A stretch of DNA of 64,000 bases from Thermoproteota archaeon (GTDB lineage: Archaea > Asgardarchaeota > Jordiarchaeia > Jordiarchaeales > Freyrarchaeaceae): positions 1-64,000 of the forward strand of contig JAPDJY010000023.1 of the NCBI GenBank assembly GCA_029258835.1, in the 5' to 3' direction. Position 1 is the stretch's first letter; each line of letters starts with the position of its first letter. Below, piece by piece: positions 37,722 through 47,620 of this stretch. The translations under genes and the position numbers were made by a program. The notes below the pieces were generated by a model. The model saw only the letters and a list, made by a program, of their open reading frames with translations, was not told the origin of the DNA and did no database searches.

Positions 37722-38212
37722 ACGTTTAATAGCAAGGATTCTGGTGGGGTTGTGAAGCCTACAAAGTCGCCTTTATCGTTAAACATGGCGTAGACCACGC
37801 CTACCTCCCTGTCCTGGTCTTTATCGTATATGTCAAGCTTAGCCTTGGCATATTTGATTTTCCCGACGGAGCGCTCCTCCAAATATTTGATTGAAAAGTT
37901 GCCTTTGAGAATTAAGGGATGGGCAACTATCAAGGTCACCTTTTTCTCTAATATTTGACCGTGCGGGAAAGAAGCTATGTCGTCGAAGACCGACGCGACC
38001 CCCACATGATCGCTAAAGACCGTGTTTATCTCGGAAACGGTGTATATTTCGCTGAGGGAGGCCAGGTCCCCACCCAGGAATCTAGGGTCTGAGGTCTTAG
38101 AGTAAGCTTCAAGCTTCTGAAGGTCGACTTGAATCTTCCACATCCAGGTTTTAGGGTCAACTTGGATTATGCCACTCAATTTTTTCTTTAAGTCTAGCTT
38201 CACTAGCAACAC
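37718..38212 (-). CDS. Hypothetical protein
   Basis: 164-aa ORF with GAGGTG at the start region. Confidence 0.6.
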   Translation of the reverse strand: MLLVKLDLKKKLSGIIQVDPKTWMWKIQVDLQKLEAYSKTSDPRFLGGDLASLSEIYTVSEINTVFSDHVGVASVFDDIASFPHGQILEKKVTLIVAHPLILKGNFSIKYLEERSVGKIKYAKAKLDIYDKDQDREVGVVYAMFNDKGDFVGFTTPPESLLLNV

Positions 38213-38559
38213 CTCTTCTCACATTCAGAGTGAAACGCCCCGTGATAAAGGAGCTTTCAAGCATTCCTTTATCTTTAACTGGATATTTAAAGGTTAACGG
38301 GCTTCCAACGTGCGGCTCCTTAAATTGCCGGTTAAGCAACCGTAAACACTCATAAAATGGAGGTTAAAACTGGCAACGGGAACGTAGGGAAATTTTTTCC
38401 TTTGTTCCGGTGAATATCGAAGCTGTTACCTTATCAGAAAGGATAGCTACGTCTTGTGGGTAGTTTAAGCGGGAGGGCCTTGTTAGGCAAGGAAAAGTTA
38501 GATTTTTAGTCCCATGGACTTCGCTGCAAGTACTGGTAACTCGTATATTTCCATCTATA

Positions 38560-38720
38560 GCTCTCCTTGTGGGAGGTCTTAAGACTGTTACGCATGGTGG
38601 GCACGCTGCCACTATGGCTTGCGCGCCGGTAGCCTTTGCTTCGTCAACCCGTCGCGAGCTATCTTTCTTGCTATATCTGTAAAGGCGGCAGCCGGGCTTC
38701 CGTCTTAGACGAACCCACAT
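38560..38720 (-). pseudogene. CCG-domain (Fe-S oxidoreductase) remnant
   Basis: RRVDEAKATGAQAIVAACPPC. Confidence 0.6.
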
Positions 38721-38899
38721 CAGATAACAGCTTCTCCAAAAATAAGAAAGTGCTTGGTTTTGCCGCTGCAAGCAGTAGCTAAGCCGGAAAGAGCGATTAT
38801 AAACTTAAAGACTTCCTCCTTAATCCGCCTGTGAAAAGGACTGGATTAAAAGTTCAAGTGAAACCGTGATTCAACCTGAGGTCCATTTTGAGATCCATT

Positions 38900-39673
38900 T
38901 TATTCGAGGCTTGCCCCGCAGTTGGGGCAGTATATGGCGTATGGTGGAACCTCTGAGCCACAGTGTGGACAGAACTTCTTGGCTTCCGATGGTGGAGGAA
39001 CGGTAACTTTTTCCGTCGGGACCCTTTCCTCCTCCACGTACACCTTCTTCCCGGAATCCCTTATCCATGTGAAAATGTTTTCGACAAGTCTGGCATTGTC
39101 AAACTTTCTGAGGAAGTTCTGTGAGAACAGCATTACACTTGAAACGTAGATGAAAGCACCTTCACCATACTCCCTGAGTGCTACCACCGGGAAAGACCTA
39201 ACACCTAAAGGCACCCTGACGATCGGCGTCCACTCAAGCGTGGTCATAGTCGTCCTGAACCATGGAGCCTGCAGCTTACTAACACCCTTAACGAACGGGT
39301 GCGGAGAGAAGTCGGTTGCAAGCTTAGAGCTAGCCCCCATGTAGTCTATGCCAAGCTTGTTAACAAAGTTCTCCTTGTACTCCCTGCTGTTAGGGCTCGG
39401 AGTGAACAGGACGATCCCTCCTTCCTCAGCAAACTTCACGACGGCAAAGAGCTCGTCCAGCTTAAACTCCGTCCCCCTCGCTCCTTTTCTGGGGCCAATT
39501 ATCACCAGCGCTGAATACTGCTCCAGAAGCGTTTGCGTGATCGGGCTTGAAGCGTTTATATACAGCTCTATACCCCACTCCGTAACCATCCTATTCTTCA
39601 GCTCGTTATAGATTCTAAGCCTAGTTTGCTCATTATGGAACTCGTCCATTAATACCCTTACGGAACTCGACAT
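38900..39673 (-). CDS. GIFT/DUF4350 (GldG/IFT52-like) domain protein with C-terminal double zinc ribbon
   Basis: VLMDEFHNE, LEQYSALVIIGP, F..DEL.AV.KF.EEGG, HP..KGV, YGEG and DNARLVENIFTW motifs; CPHCG...CPNCG. Confidence 0.75.
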   Translation of the reverse strand: MSSSVRVLMDEFHNEQTRLRIYNELKNRMVTEWGIELYINASSPITQTLLEQYSALVIIGPRKGARGTEFKLDELFAVVKFAEEGGIVLFTPSPNSREYKENFVNKLGIDYMGASSKLATDFSPHPFVKGVSKLQAPWFRTTMTTLEWTPIVRVPLGVRSFPVVALREYGEGAFIYVSSVMLFSQNFLRKFDNARLVENIFTWIRDSGKKVYVEEERVPTEKVTVPPPSEAKKFCPHCGSEVPPYAIYCPNCGASLE

Positions 39674-39899
39674 GGCAATCAACCTTCTTAGCCAGCATTC
39701 CCCAGTTAGACCCTCATCCACTCTTAACTCTAAACACTTCTACATATAAAAGTAGTTTTGGGGGCAACAACTACGCCGAAACAGGGTGTGAAGAGAGCGT
39801 TTTAAGCCCTTCAATGCCAACATGTTCAAGTAAATACCTTAAAGCCTTTAAAATTTGTGAACCTCCTCCCGGTTTCAGCGGAATTTAAGGGCAACGTCC

Positions 39900-40865
39900 C
39901 TTACGGCTTCACGGCCTCAGCCACCAGCTCTGTTACGTCGAGCACCCTCATTTCAACTCCCAGCTTCCTAACAGCCCTGTAAGGCTCCACTTGCAAATTA
40001 GTGCGGCGTTAGGATTAAAGGTTGTCCTGCCAACAGGGGACATCGTTCAGACAGGTGGAGAACCAGGGACGAACGTCCACCAAAAAGGGCTTTCGTGTGT
40101 GAAGCTGGGGGGCCCGGACATTACAGGTTTATTCATCGGCGACGGAGGGGTCTTCGGCATTAAAACAGAGGCGGCGATTTATAGGTGTGCGAGGTGCGGC
40201 ATATGCAGAGGCAAGTACACTGAGGACGTTCGTTTGGTTTGCCCGGTCCGCGAGGTTACAGGAGGCTTTGAACACTACTTCGCCCGGGGGAGAATACTGG
40301 TTGCCCGCGGAATACTGGAAGGAGTGCTCGAGCACTCTCCCTCCCTAGTTGAGAGCGTTTACACCTGCCTAGGGTGTGGAAACTGCACCGAGCAGCGTGG
40401 CGCCGTGGATCCTGCTACGGGGAAGCCGCTGCTGGACACCCCGGGAATAGTGAGGGCTATGAGAGTAGACATCGTCAGGGCGGGTCTAGGCCCCCTGCCA
40501 GTCCTCAAAGAAATCGACGGAAACGTTTCAAGAACCCATAATCCCTTTAGTGAAGCCTGAAAAGAGGAGTTCGTGGGCTGCCGACCCTGGGCTTCCAAGG
40601 AAGGAGGAAACCGTCTACTTCGCGGATGCTACGCCTCGTACCGGTACCCTGAAACGGCGAAGGCTACAGCGAGTGTTCTTAAGGAAGGCGGAGTGGACCT
40701 CGCATACTTGGGTGAGGATGAATGGTGCTGCGGTGTTCCGGAGCCCTAGGATGGAAACGCCGACCTAGCCGAGGAGGTGGTGAGGCATAACGTGAACGCG
40801 CCGAGGAATACTGGAGCGAAGAAGGTTGTTACGTCGTGCGCCGGATGCTACCACGCCTTCTCAGA
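39900..40865 (+). pseudogene. Scrambled FAD-linked oxidase (GlcD-like) and Fe-S/CCG oxidoreductase (GlcF/HdrD-like) remnants
   Basis: GLKVVLPTG..GPDITGLFIGDGGVFGIKTE fused to CARCGIC..CLGCGNC; frameshifts; EWCCG and VVTSCAGC further on; inverted C-terminal fragment at 39900-39980. Confidence 0.8.
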
Positions 40866-40963
40866 CGAGGTAACGTTTATTTTTGTCTTCTCCCACTAAT
40901 GATTGCTAAGCTACCGCCTAGGCCGCAGTTCCGGGCTTCCGTTTCCCTTTAGAGGGAGGAATT

Positions 40964-42805
40964 ATGCGTGGAATGATAAGTGTTGCAGGTGTTTTTGGGA
41001 ATGGAGGGATCCTAGGCGTTGTAGACGAGAACGGTGATGTGAGGAGTTTCTCGTGGCCTAGGGTTGACTTCCCCAACCACGTTGAAGTTATAAAGTTTGG
41101 CTTCTCTGATGGTGTTTCTAGGGATTGGATGGGCGGGTGGGGATGGAGGCATGAAATATCTTATGTTAACGGTTCAAACGTGTTAAGGATTGTTAGTAGA
41201 AAGGGGAGGAGGAAGGTTGTACGTCACGTTTTCGCTTTGCCCGACGAGGATGTCGCGGTCTTTAGCTTTGAGGTGTTCAACAGGGGGCTTGGAAGCGTTC
41301 CAGTTGAGGTGGAGTTCCTGGGGCACTTCAGGATTCTGGAGAGCAAACTGAGCAACGCAGTTTTTTACGATGAAGTTCATGATGCGATGGTGTTCTATAA
41401 GGGAAATTATTACTTTGCGGTTGGAGGTGATAGGTCGGCTAACGCTTACTCTTGCTTTAGGATGGATAGGATGAGGATTTTCGGTTTTAGATGGAGGGCG
41501 AGGAGAGGGGTTGGGAGGAGGCATGCCTTAGGGGACGTAGGCGGCTACTTGAAGTGGGATCTTGGAAGCATTCCTCCGGGGGGAAGGGGAGAAATCTCCG
41601 TTTACATGTGCTGCGGGAAGACGATGAACGAGGCTGTCAGCCTCCTCAACGATAAAACGAGCAGATCGCCTGAAGAAATCCTTAGAGGGGCTGTCGAGGA
41701 CGGGAGAAGCTTCGTTTCGAAGAGCAAGATCCCTCCTAGTAGCCGGTTGGGCAGGGAGGTGGAGCGCTCTCTGCTCACGATGAGGCTCTTATGCGACAGG
41801 AGGGGAGGAATCATCGCTGCCCCAGAGTTTGACCCTGAGTTCCGTGTTAGTGGAGGTTACAGGTATGTTTGGGGGAGAGACGCCGCGTTCATAGCATACG
41901 CCTTCGACCTCGCAGGCTATCATGAGATAGCCAGAAAGTTCTACCTTTGGTGTGGTGCAGCTCAAAGGAAGGGGGGCTTGCTCCTCCAGAGATACTGGTG
42001 TGACGGGGTTCCGGGCCCTTGCTGGGGGGATCTTCAACTAGACGAGACGGGAAGCGTCCTCTGGGGTTTAGAGCAGCACGTCAAGATGAGCGAGGACTAC
42101 GACCTCATCAAGGAGATGACGCCTGCAATAGTGGAGATGGCAGACGCTTTAGCCAGAACGGTCGATGTCAGAGGGCTCCTCCAGCCATGCCTTGACCTCT
42201 GGGAGGAGAGGAGGGGTATACACGCCTACTCCACGGCGGCGGTCTACGCGGGTCTCAGGAGCGCGGCGAGGATGATCGAGGAAGTAGGATTCGGCGACAA
42301 GGTAGGCTCGTGGGAGATGGTTGCCAAGAGGCTTAAGGATGCATTCGACCGGTTCTTCTGGAGGGGAAGACACTACGTCCGATGCTTAAACCCGAAAACG
42401 TTGAGGCCCGACGTGACACCGGACTCCTCCCTTCTTGGACTAGCCGTACCCTACAAGTTCATCTCTCCGACGAGCAGCAGGATGAAAGCCACGGTTGAGT
42501 GGCTTGAAGGCAAGTTGAAAAGTAAGGGGGGCCTTTTAAGGTATAAGAGGGACAGGTACTTCGGTGGGAATCCGTGGATTGTGTCGACGTTATGGCTTGC
42601 ATCATACAAGGCTGAGGTTGGAAGGAAGGAAGAGGCTGAAAAGCTGGTTGAATGGTGCCTTACCTACTCTAACCTTGGACTCATGCCTGAGCAGGTCCAT
42701 AAGGGGAGGGGGGAGGCCGTTTCGGCGATGCCGCTAGGCTGGTCCCACGCGTTCTACCTGATGGTTTTAGACAGGCTTAAGGGAGATGAGTTAAATGGGA
42801 AGTAG
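40964..42805 (+). CDS. Glycoside hydrolase family 15 (glucoamylase-like)
   Basis: IIAAP, YRYVWGRD, QLDE, DLWEE, MPEQ and PLGWSHA motifs. Confidence 0.92.
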   Translation: MRGMISVAGVFGNGGILGVVDENGDVRSFSWPRVDFPNHVEVIKFGFSDGVSRDWMGGWGWRHEISYVNGSNVLRIVSRKGRRKVVRHVFALPDEDVAVFSFEVFNRGLGSVPVEVEFLGHFRILESKLSNAVFYDEVHDAMVFYKGNYYFAVGGDRSANAYSCFRMDRMRIFGFRWRARRGVGRRHALGDVGGYLKWDLGSIPPGGRGEISVYMCCGKTMNEAVSLLNDKTSRSPEEILRGAVEDGRSFVSKSKIPPSSRLGREVERSLLTMRLLCDRRGGIIAAPEFDPEFRVSGGYRYVWGRDAAFIAYAFDLAGYHEIARKFYLWCGAAQRKGGLLLQRYWCDGVPGPCWGDLQLDETGSVLWGLEQHVKMSEDYDLIKEMTPAIVEMADALARTVDVRGLLQPCLDLWEERRGIHAYSTAAVYAGLRSAARMIEEVGFGDKVGSWEMVAKRLKDAFDRFFWRGRHYVRCLNPKTLRPDVTPDSSLLGLAVPYKFISPTSSRMKATVEWLEGKLKSKGGLLRYKRDRYFGGNPWIVSTLWLASYKAEVGRKEEAEKLVEWCLTYSNLGLMPEQVHKGRGEAVSAMPLGWSHAFYLMVLDRLKGDELNGK

Positions 42806-43547
42806 CAGGTTAAGTAGGAGAGAGGCTGAGAGGTATAATCGCCAGATGATAATTAAGGGGTGGGGCGAGGAGGGGCAGGGGAAGCTTAAGAGGGCGAAGG
42901 TGGCGGTCATTGGATTGGGGGGGCTTGGCTCCCCCGCCTCCATCTACCTCGCGGCTGCAGGGGTAGGTAAACTCTTACTCGTAGACGAGGGGGAAGTTGA
43001 GCTTAGCAACCTTAACAGGCAGATACTTCACTGGGAAAGGGACGTAGGCAAGCCGAAGGTTGAAAGCGCTAAGGAGAAAATTGAAGAGTTGAACCCGGAA
43101 GTGGAAGTTGAAACTCTAATGGAGAAGATCGGAAGAGATAATGTCCATGACGTAGTGAGGGAAGTGGACTTGGTAGTTGACGGGCTGGACAACTTCTCCT
43201 CAAGGGTGATCGTTAACAGGGCGTGCGTTGAGGAGGGGAAAGTGTTCGTCCACGCAGGGGTGTACGGGTTTCAGGGGCAGCTGACGACCATAATTCCGGG
43301 TAAGGGTCCATGCCTTCAATGTATTTTTCCAAGGTTACCGCCTGAAGAAGGGCTGATCCCCGTCGCCGGGATGACTCCGGGCGTAATGGGGTGCCTGGAG
43401 GCGAACGAGGCAGTAAAAGTGGTTACGGGGATCGGGGAGCCGCTCGTGGGCAGATTGCTGATATACGATGGTGAAGCAGGCAGCTTCATGGTGGTGGACG
43501 TTGGAAGGGATCCGGACTGCCCAGTTTGCGGCAAAATAAACTTGTAA
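42795..43547 (+). CDS. HesA/MoeB/ThiF-family E1-like adenylyltransferase
   Basis: RYNRQ, GLGGLG, SNLNRQ, PCLQC and DPDCPVC motifs. Confidence 0.93.
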   Translation: MGSSRLSRREAERYNRQMIIKGWGEEGQGKLKRAKVAVIGLGGLGSPASIYLAAAGVGKLLLVDEGEVELSNLNRQILHWERDVGKPKVESAKEKIEELNPEVEVETLMEKIGRDNVHDVVREVDLVVDGLDNFSSRVIVNRACVEEGKVFVHAGVYGFQGQLTTIIPGKGPCLQCIFPRLPPEEGLIPVAGMTPGVMGCLEANEAVKVVTGIGEPLVGRLLIYDGEAGSFMVVDVGRDPDCPVCGKINL

Positions 43548-43570
43548 GTTTAGAGAGGTTTCATGTTCGA

Positions 43571-44074
43571 TTAGAGTTTTGAACCGCATTTCGGACAGTA
43601 GATTGCCCAGTTTGGGGGGTTAAACCCGCAGTAAGGGCACCTTCTTCGCCGGCGGGGTTCTGTGGTTCCCGTGAAGACGAGCATCTGCGCCGACTCTATG
43701 GCGTCTAAGGCCTCCCTTTCCGCTTTGTCAGCGTTCCAAAGGTCGAGTATGAGGGGAAACAGGAATATGAAGAAGACGAAGCCGAAGAAGAGGAAGAAGA
43801 GTGAGAGGAGCAGGGAGGCTGCTGCGATCGCTATCGATAGGAGGATGGGGGTTCTACCCAACCCGACCACCAGGTCGTACCTTATGTCGCCGTTTACCCT
43901 CGAAAGCTTTATGCTACCTTTCACGCCGAGCCCCATACGTAGACGCCACTCGTAGGGTCCAACCCTTTTAGTCTTCAAGCTGGTGAAGTTTAGTTCACGG
44001 TCGAGGACGTCGGCGAAGACGTGCATGTACTCTCCTCCACCCAGCACTGAGCCGCTAATATGACGCTCCCTCAA
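43571..44074 (-). CDS. Membrane protein with C-terminal double zinc ribbon
   Basis: Hydrophobic hairpin; CPYCG...YCPKCG. Confidence 0.7.
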   Translation of the reverse strand: MRERHISGSVLGGGEYMHVFADVLDRELNFTSLKTKRVGPYEWRLRMGLGVKGSIKLSRVNGDIRYDLVVGLGRTPILLSIAIAAASLLLSLFFLFFGFVFFIFLFPLILDLWNADKAEREALDAIESAQMLVFTGTTEPRRRRRCPYCGFNPPNWAIYCPKCGSKL

Positions 44075-44445
44075 CGATTCACCTCCAGCGCTCCCCGTTC
44101 ACGTTAGAAAGACAGGGAAGCACTGCTTAAAAAAGTTAGTTTCCAGCGTCTTGCCGCAGGTTACGGCTGCTTTCCTGTTCACCACGGAGGAGGCTGAAAG
44201 AGGCGCTCTTTAAGCGTTTCCCGGCGTGATGGGTGACGTACTGTTTGGGAGGGATCCTGATGCCAAGCTGCTGCGGAGGGAGCCCTTGTATCCCTAAATT
44301 GTGTTGATGGTGATTTAAGGGTTTAGCGGTGTCCGATGTGTTTTTGCTAAGTGTCCTTGGAGTAAGGGACGCGAATGAAAGAATGAAAGAAAGAATGAAA
44401 TAATGAGGGAGGGAGTTATGCAGTACGCACCCTCCGGGTTGTCGA

Positions 44446-44904
44446 CTATTTTAATGCTTCTGGGTTGACGCTTCCATCCTGGAGGAAGAGGCCCTTCTTC
44501 ACCAGTTGGAGAAGAACTCCGTTGGCATGTTTCGGATGGAAGAAGACTGAGAGCAGCTTTCCCGTCGGGGTTCTCCCTGCGAGGGGGATCCCTGCGTCTT
44601 GGAACTGCTTTACAGCTGACTCCACGTCGTCCGCTTCGAACGCAAGGTGGAAAAGTCCCTCACCTCTCTTCCTCAGGTACCTCATGGTTGGCCCCTCGCT
44701 TACCGGCATGACCAGCTCTATGAACGTTCCACCCCCTGCAGGTATGAAGGCGTACTCGAACTCCTCCACTTCTCCCCTCTCCGTAGCGTACTGGCCGCGC
44801 TGGAAAATTATGGTTTCCTCGTTAACTCCAATCGCCCGGCAGTACCTTGAAACAGCAGACTTCAAATCATGCACAACTATTCCAACGTGGTGTAAGCGTA
44901 TCAT
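44446..44904 (-). CDS. VOC-family protein (methylmalonyl-CoA epimerase-like)
   Basis: LHHVGIVV, IELVMP, RGEGLFHLAF and FFHPK..NGVLLQL motifs. Confidence 0.85.
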   Translation of the reverse strand: MIRLHHVGIVVHDLKSAVSRYCRAIGVNEETIIFQRGQYATERGEVEEFEYAFIPAGGGTFIELVMPVSEGPTMRYLRKRGEGLFHLAFEADDVESAVKQFQDAGIPLAGRTPTGKLLSVFFHPKHANGVLLQLVKKGLFLQDGSVNPEALK

Positions 44905-44971
44905 TCAAACCACCAGAAAAAAGAAAGTAGGAAAATAATTTAATAAGGTTCTGGGAGGGTGTTGAAGGAAG

Positions 44972-45757
44972 CTAGAGGAAGTATTCTGCAGTCATTAAGA
45001 CGCCTAGGAAGGCGAATATTGCACCTATAATTTTGCCTAGGGTTTCCTCTGAAACCCTATTTGCCACCGTGGCGCAGAGTCTCCCTCCTCCAACAGCGCT
45101 GACACCTGCAAAGAGGAAGGCGGCGAGGTTAACGTTTCCGTTCATGAAGTGTCCAGCGGCCGCTGAGGCTGCGATGATCGCCATTACCAGCGTTGACGTG
45201 CCGACTGCCTTGTGGAGGTCGTATTTCAGCAGGAATACCAAGATGAGGAGGACCAGTATTCCTCCCCCAGCTCCGAAGACGCCGCTGAAGGCGCCTATGC
45301 AGCATCCAAGCAGTAGGGCGGCAGCCTTGTGCTTCCTAAGCAGTACCTCATCGGGTGCTCCTCTCTCCCTTAGCATGTAAAGGATTCCTTTAACCCCCCG
45401 CTTCCATATGGTGACGCCGCTTAAAACCAGCAGGATGCCAAAGAGCCCGCCGAGGCTGACCTCAGAAATACACGTTGAAAGGCAGCTTCCCAACGGTCCT
45501 CCAACTACTGCTCCGGCTATAACCCATAAACCCGACTTTAAGTCGATGTTGCCGCTCTGCCTGTAGGTATATGCGACGGCCAAGGATGTTACCACGTCGA
45601 CAGCTAGACTGGTTCCTATGGCGGCGTGGACGGGAATGTTGAGCAGAAGGGTTAACCCTGGAACGATGATCATAACGCCACTTGCACCGGTGAAGCCTGT
45701 AACCAAGCCGGCGAGGACTCCCACTGCCACGGTGGTCAGCACCCAGATCCAGTCCAA
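44972..45757 (-). CDS. TauE/SafE (TSUP) family transporter
   Basis: Duplicated G..G.GG / A.GTS motifs; ~8 TM segments. Confidence 0.9.
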   Translation of the reverse strand: MDWIWVLTTVAVGVLAGLVTGFTGASGVMIIVPGLTLLLNIPVHAAIGTSLAVDVVTSLAVAYTYRQSGNIDLKSGLWVIAGAVVGGPLGSCLSTCISEVSLGGLFGILLVLSGVTIWKRGVKGILYMLRERGAPDEVLLRKHKAAALLLGCCIGAFSGVFGAGGGILVLLILVFLLKYDLHKAVGTSTLVMAIIAASAAAGHFMNGNVNLAAFLFAGVSAVGGGRLCATVANRVSEETLGKIIGAIFAFLGVLMTAEYFL

Positions 45758-45965
45758 TTCCTTTCACCCGCCGCGCAGAGGCGAGTACTTCAGTCCAGTT
45801 TACGCAGAGGCCTGTCCCCGGCGTCGCCGAGGTGAAAGCTAGAATGAACATGGATTTAGGGCATCATATATAAAACTATGGTCACCTATAGGCTGTTCAC
45901 ATCCGGTTTGAGGTGATCGAAAGATTAAAGTGTAAGCTTTTATCTTTTGAGGCATGGCTTGAGGG

Positions 45966-46289
45966 GTGGTCAACTTGGCTTCCGAGGCTCTTAAAGAGAT
46001 TAGGAGGATCGAGGCTGAGGCTGGAAAGAGGATCTTAGAGGCAAGCGAGGAGGCGGAAAGGCTGGAGGCCGCCGCAACCGAGAGGGCGGTGCAGATAGAG
46101 AAGGAGATGGTTGAAAAGGCCGAATTAGAGGCGAAGAGGAAGGCTGAAGAGGCCAGGAAAGAGGCGGAGAAGGAGGCGGAGAGAATAATTAAGGAGGCAG
46201 AGAAGGAGGTTTCAGCCATAAGAAGGCAAATCGAGGAGAATCTGGAGGAAGCCGTGAAGGCCGTTTTAAACGCTGTCCTGGTGGGGTGA
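45966..46289 (+). CDS. A/V-type ATP synthase peripheral stalk subunit H (G-like)
   Basis: E/A/K-rich helix EIRRIEAEA...; overlaps the subunit E gene. Confidence 0.75.
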   Translation: MVNLASEALKEIRRIEAEAGKRILEASEEAERLEAAATERAVQIEKEMVEKAELEAKRKAEEARKEAEKEAERIIKEAEKEVSAIRRQIEENLEEAVKAVLNAVLVG

Positions 46290-46957
46290 TCGTGATGAGC
46301 GAGCAGGTGGAGGTTAGAAAGTTTGAGGAGACGCCGATTGAGGAGAGGCTGGAAAGGATAAGGAAGAAGATCATGGATGACGCTAACAGGGAAGCACAGA
46401 GAATCCTAGAGGAGGCGCGTAAGAGGGTGGAGAAGGTGATTGAAGAAGCTGAGAAGAGAGCTGAAAGGAAGGCGAGTGAAATACTTAGGAAAGAGGTGGA
46501 AGCAGCGGAGAGGGAGAAGAGGAAGGTGATTGCGGAAGCAAAACTCAAAGCTAGACAGATGGTAACCGTAGCCAAGGAAGAAGGGATAAAGAGGGTGCTT
46601 GAAGAGGCGAAAAGAAGACTTGAAGAGCTAGTAGCATCGAAGGATTACGGCCGGATCCTTGAAAAGATTATTGAAAGAGGAGCAATAGCCATAGGAGGAG
46701 GGGAATTAGAGGTGGTCCTCCCAAAGGAGCACGCAAACATAGAACTGAACTTAGAAAAGATAGCAAGCGAGGTAAGTGAGAAGACTGGGGTGAAGACCAC
46801 TTTAGAGAAATCAGGAGAAACGATATATGCTACAGGTGGTGCGATAATACGTAGGAAGGATAGAAGCTTACTTATAAATAACACGTTTGAATCTATACTT
46901 GAAAGGGAAGAAAAAGACATTAGGGTTAAAATAGCAAAGATTCTTTTCGCTTCCTAG
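46286..46957 (+). CDS. atpE: A/V-type ATP synthase subunit E
   Basis: LERIRKKIMDDA.REA helix; GGAII and INNTFESIL motifs. Confidence 0.9.
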   Translation: MIVMSEQVEVRKFEETPIEERLERIRKKIMDDANREAQRILEEARKRVEKVIEEAEKRAERKASEILRKEVEAAEREKRKVIAEAKLKARQMVTVAKEEGIKRVLEEAKRRLEELVASKDYGRILEKIIERGAIAIGGGELEVVLPKEHANIELNLEKIASEVSEKTGVKTTLEKSGETIYATGGAIIRRKDRSLLINNTFESILEREEKDIRVKIAKILFAS

Positions 46958-47252
46958 TTTCCCGAAGGAGAACATCCTAAAAATAAAAGAGGAGCGTTGC
47001 AGCCGTCAAGAACACATCCAACCCAAATCTCTTTCTTAACAATTTATGGAGCTGAAATCGATGTTCACCCTCTTTTTAGACGAGTTTTTAGGCGAGTTGT
47101 TGCCGTCTTCCACTTTAGAATGTAACTTTTCGTTTCCTCTATATGAGAAGTTCATTCTCTTTTGATTGCTGCTCGAACGACTGGTAGGCTAATTGGAGTA
47201 AGAATAGATTTCGTTAAAGAAGAACGACGTAAAAAAATAGAAAGAGATGTGG

Positions 47253-47612
47253 TTACATTACCATGAAAGCAACAACTAACGCGTAAATTGCAATAGCTTC
47301 TATGAACACTATATATATCATGGTTCTACCGAACACTTCAGGTCTCTCCGCTATCGCGCCGATTGCGGCTGCACCGGCGGTTCCCATACCTATGCCTGCC
47401 CCGAACCCTGCAACTCCTATTGCTATACCCGCTCCTATTTTTCCTAGCCCGCTCTCTAATGAAGGGTTCTGCATAATCCAAGGTGATGGCAGTATATATT
47501 GTTGTTGTGCGAGTACTAACATGGTTGCATATGCCAAGGCTATTGCTAAGGCTATTGCTGCAATTTGCAGCAGGAGCATTTTCCTTAGCGGAATGCTTAC
47601 CATTCCAATCAC
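47253..47612 (-). CDS. atpK: A/V-type ATP synthase proteolipid subunit K (c), single hairpin with leader
   Basis: GAGIAIGVAGFGAGIG...AERPEVFGR...FIEAIAIY. Confidence 0.92.
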   Translation of the reverse strand: MIGMVSIPLRKMLLLQIAAIALAIALAYATMLVLAQQQYILPSPWIMQNPSLESGLGKIGAGIAIGVAGFGAGIGMGTAGAAAIGAIAERPEVFGRTMIYIVFIEAIAIYALVVAFMVM

Positions 47613-47620
47613 CTTAGTTA

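Noticed and set aside
40558-40560. TGA as selenocysteine
   Set aside because: Not at a Cys position; homology continues in another frame within a multiply frameshifted pseudogene.
44372-44406. GAATGAAA short repeats
   Set aside because: Low-complexity slippage; T-rich on the minus strand, so at most a terminator region.
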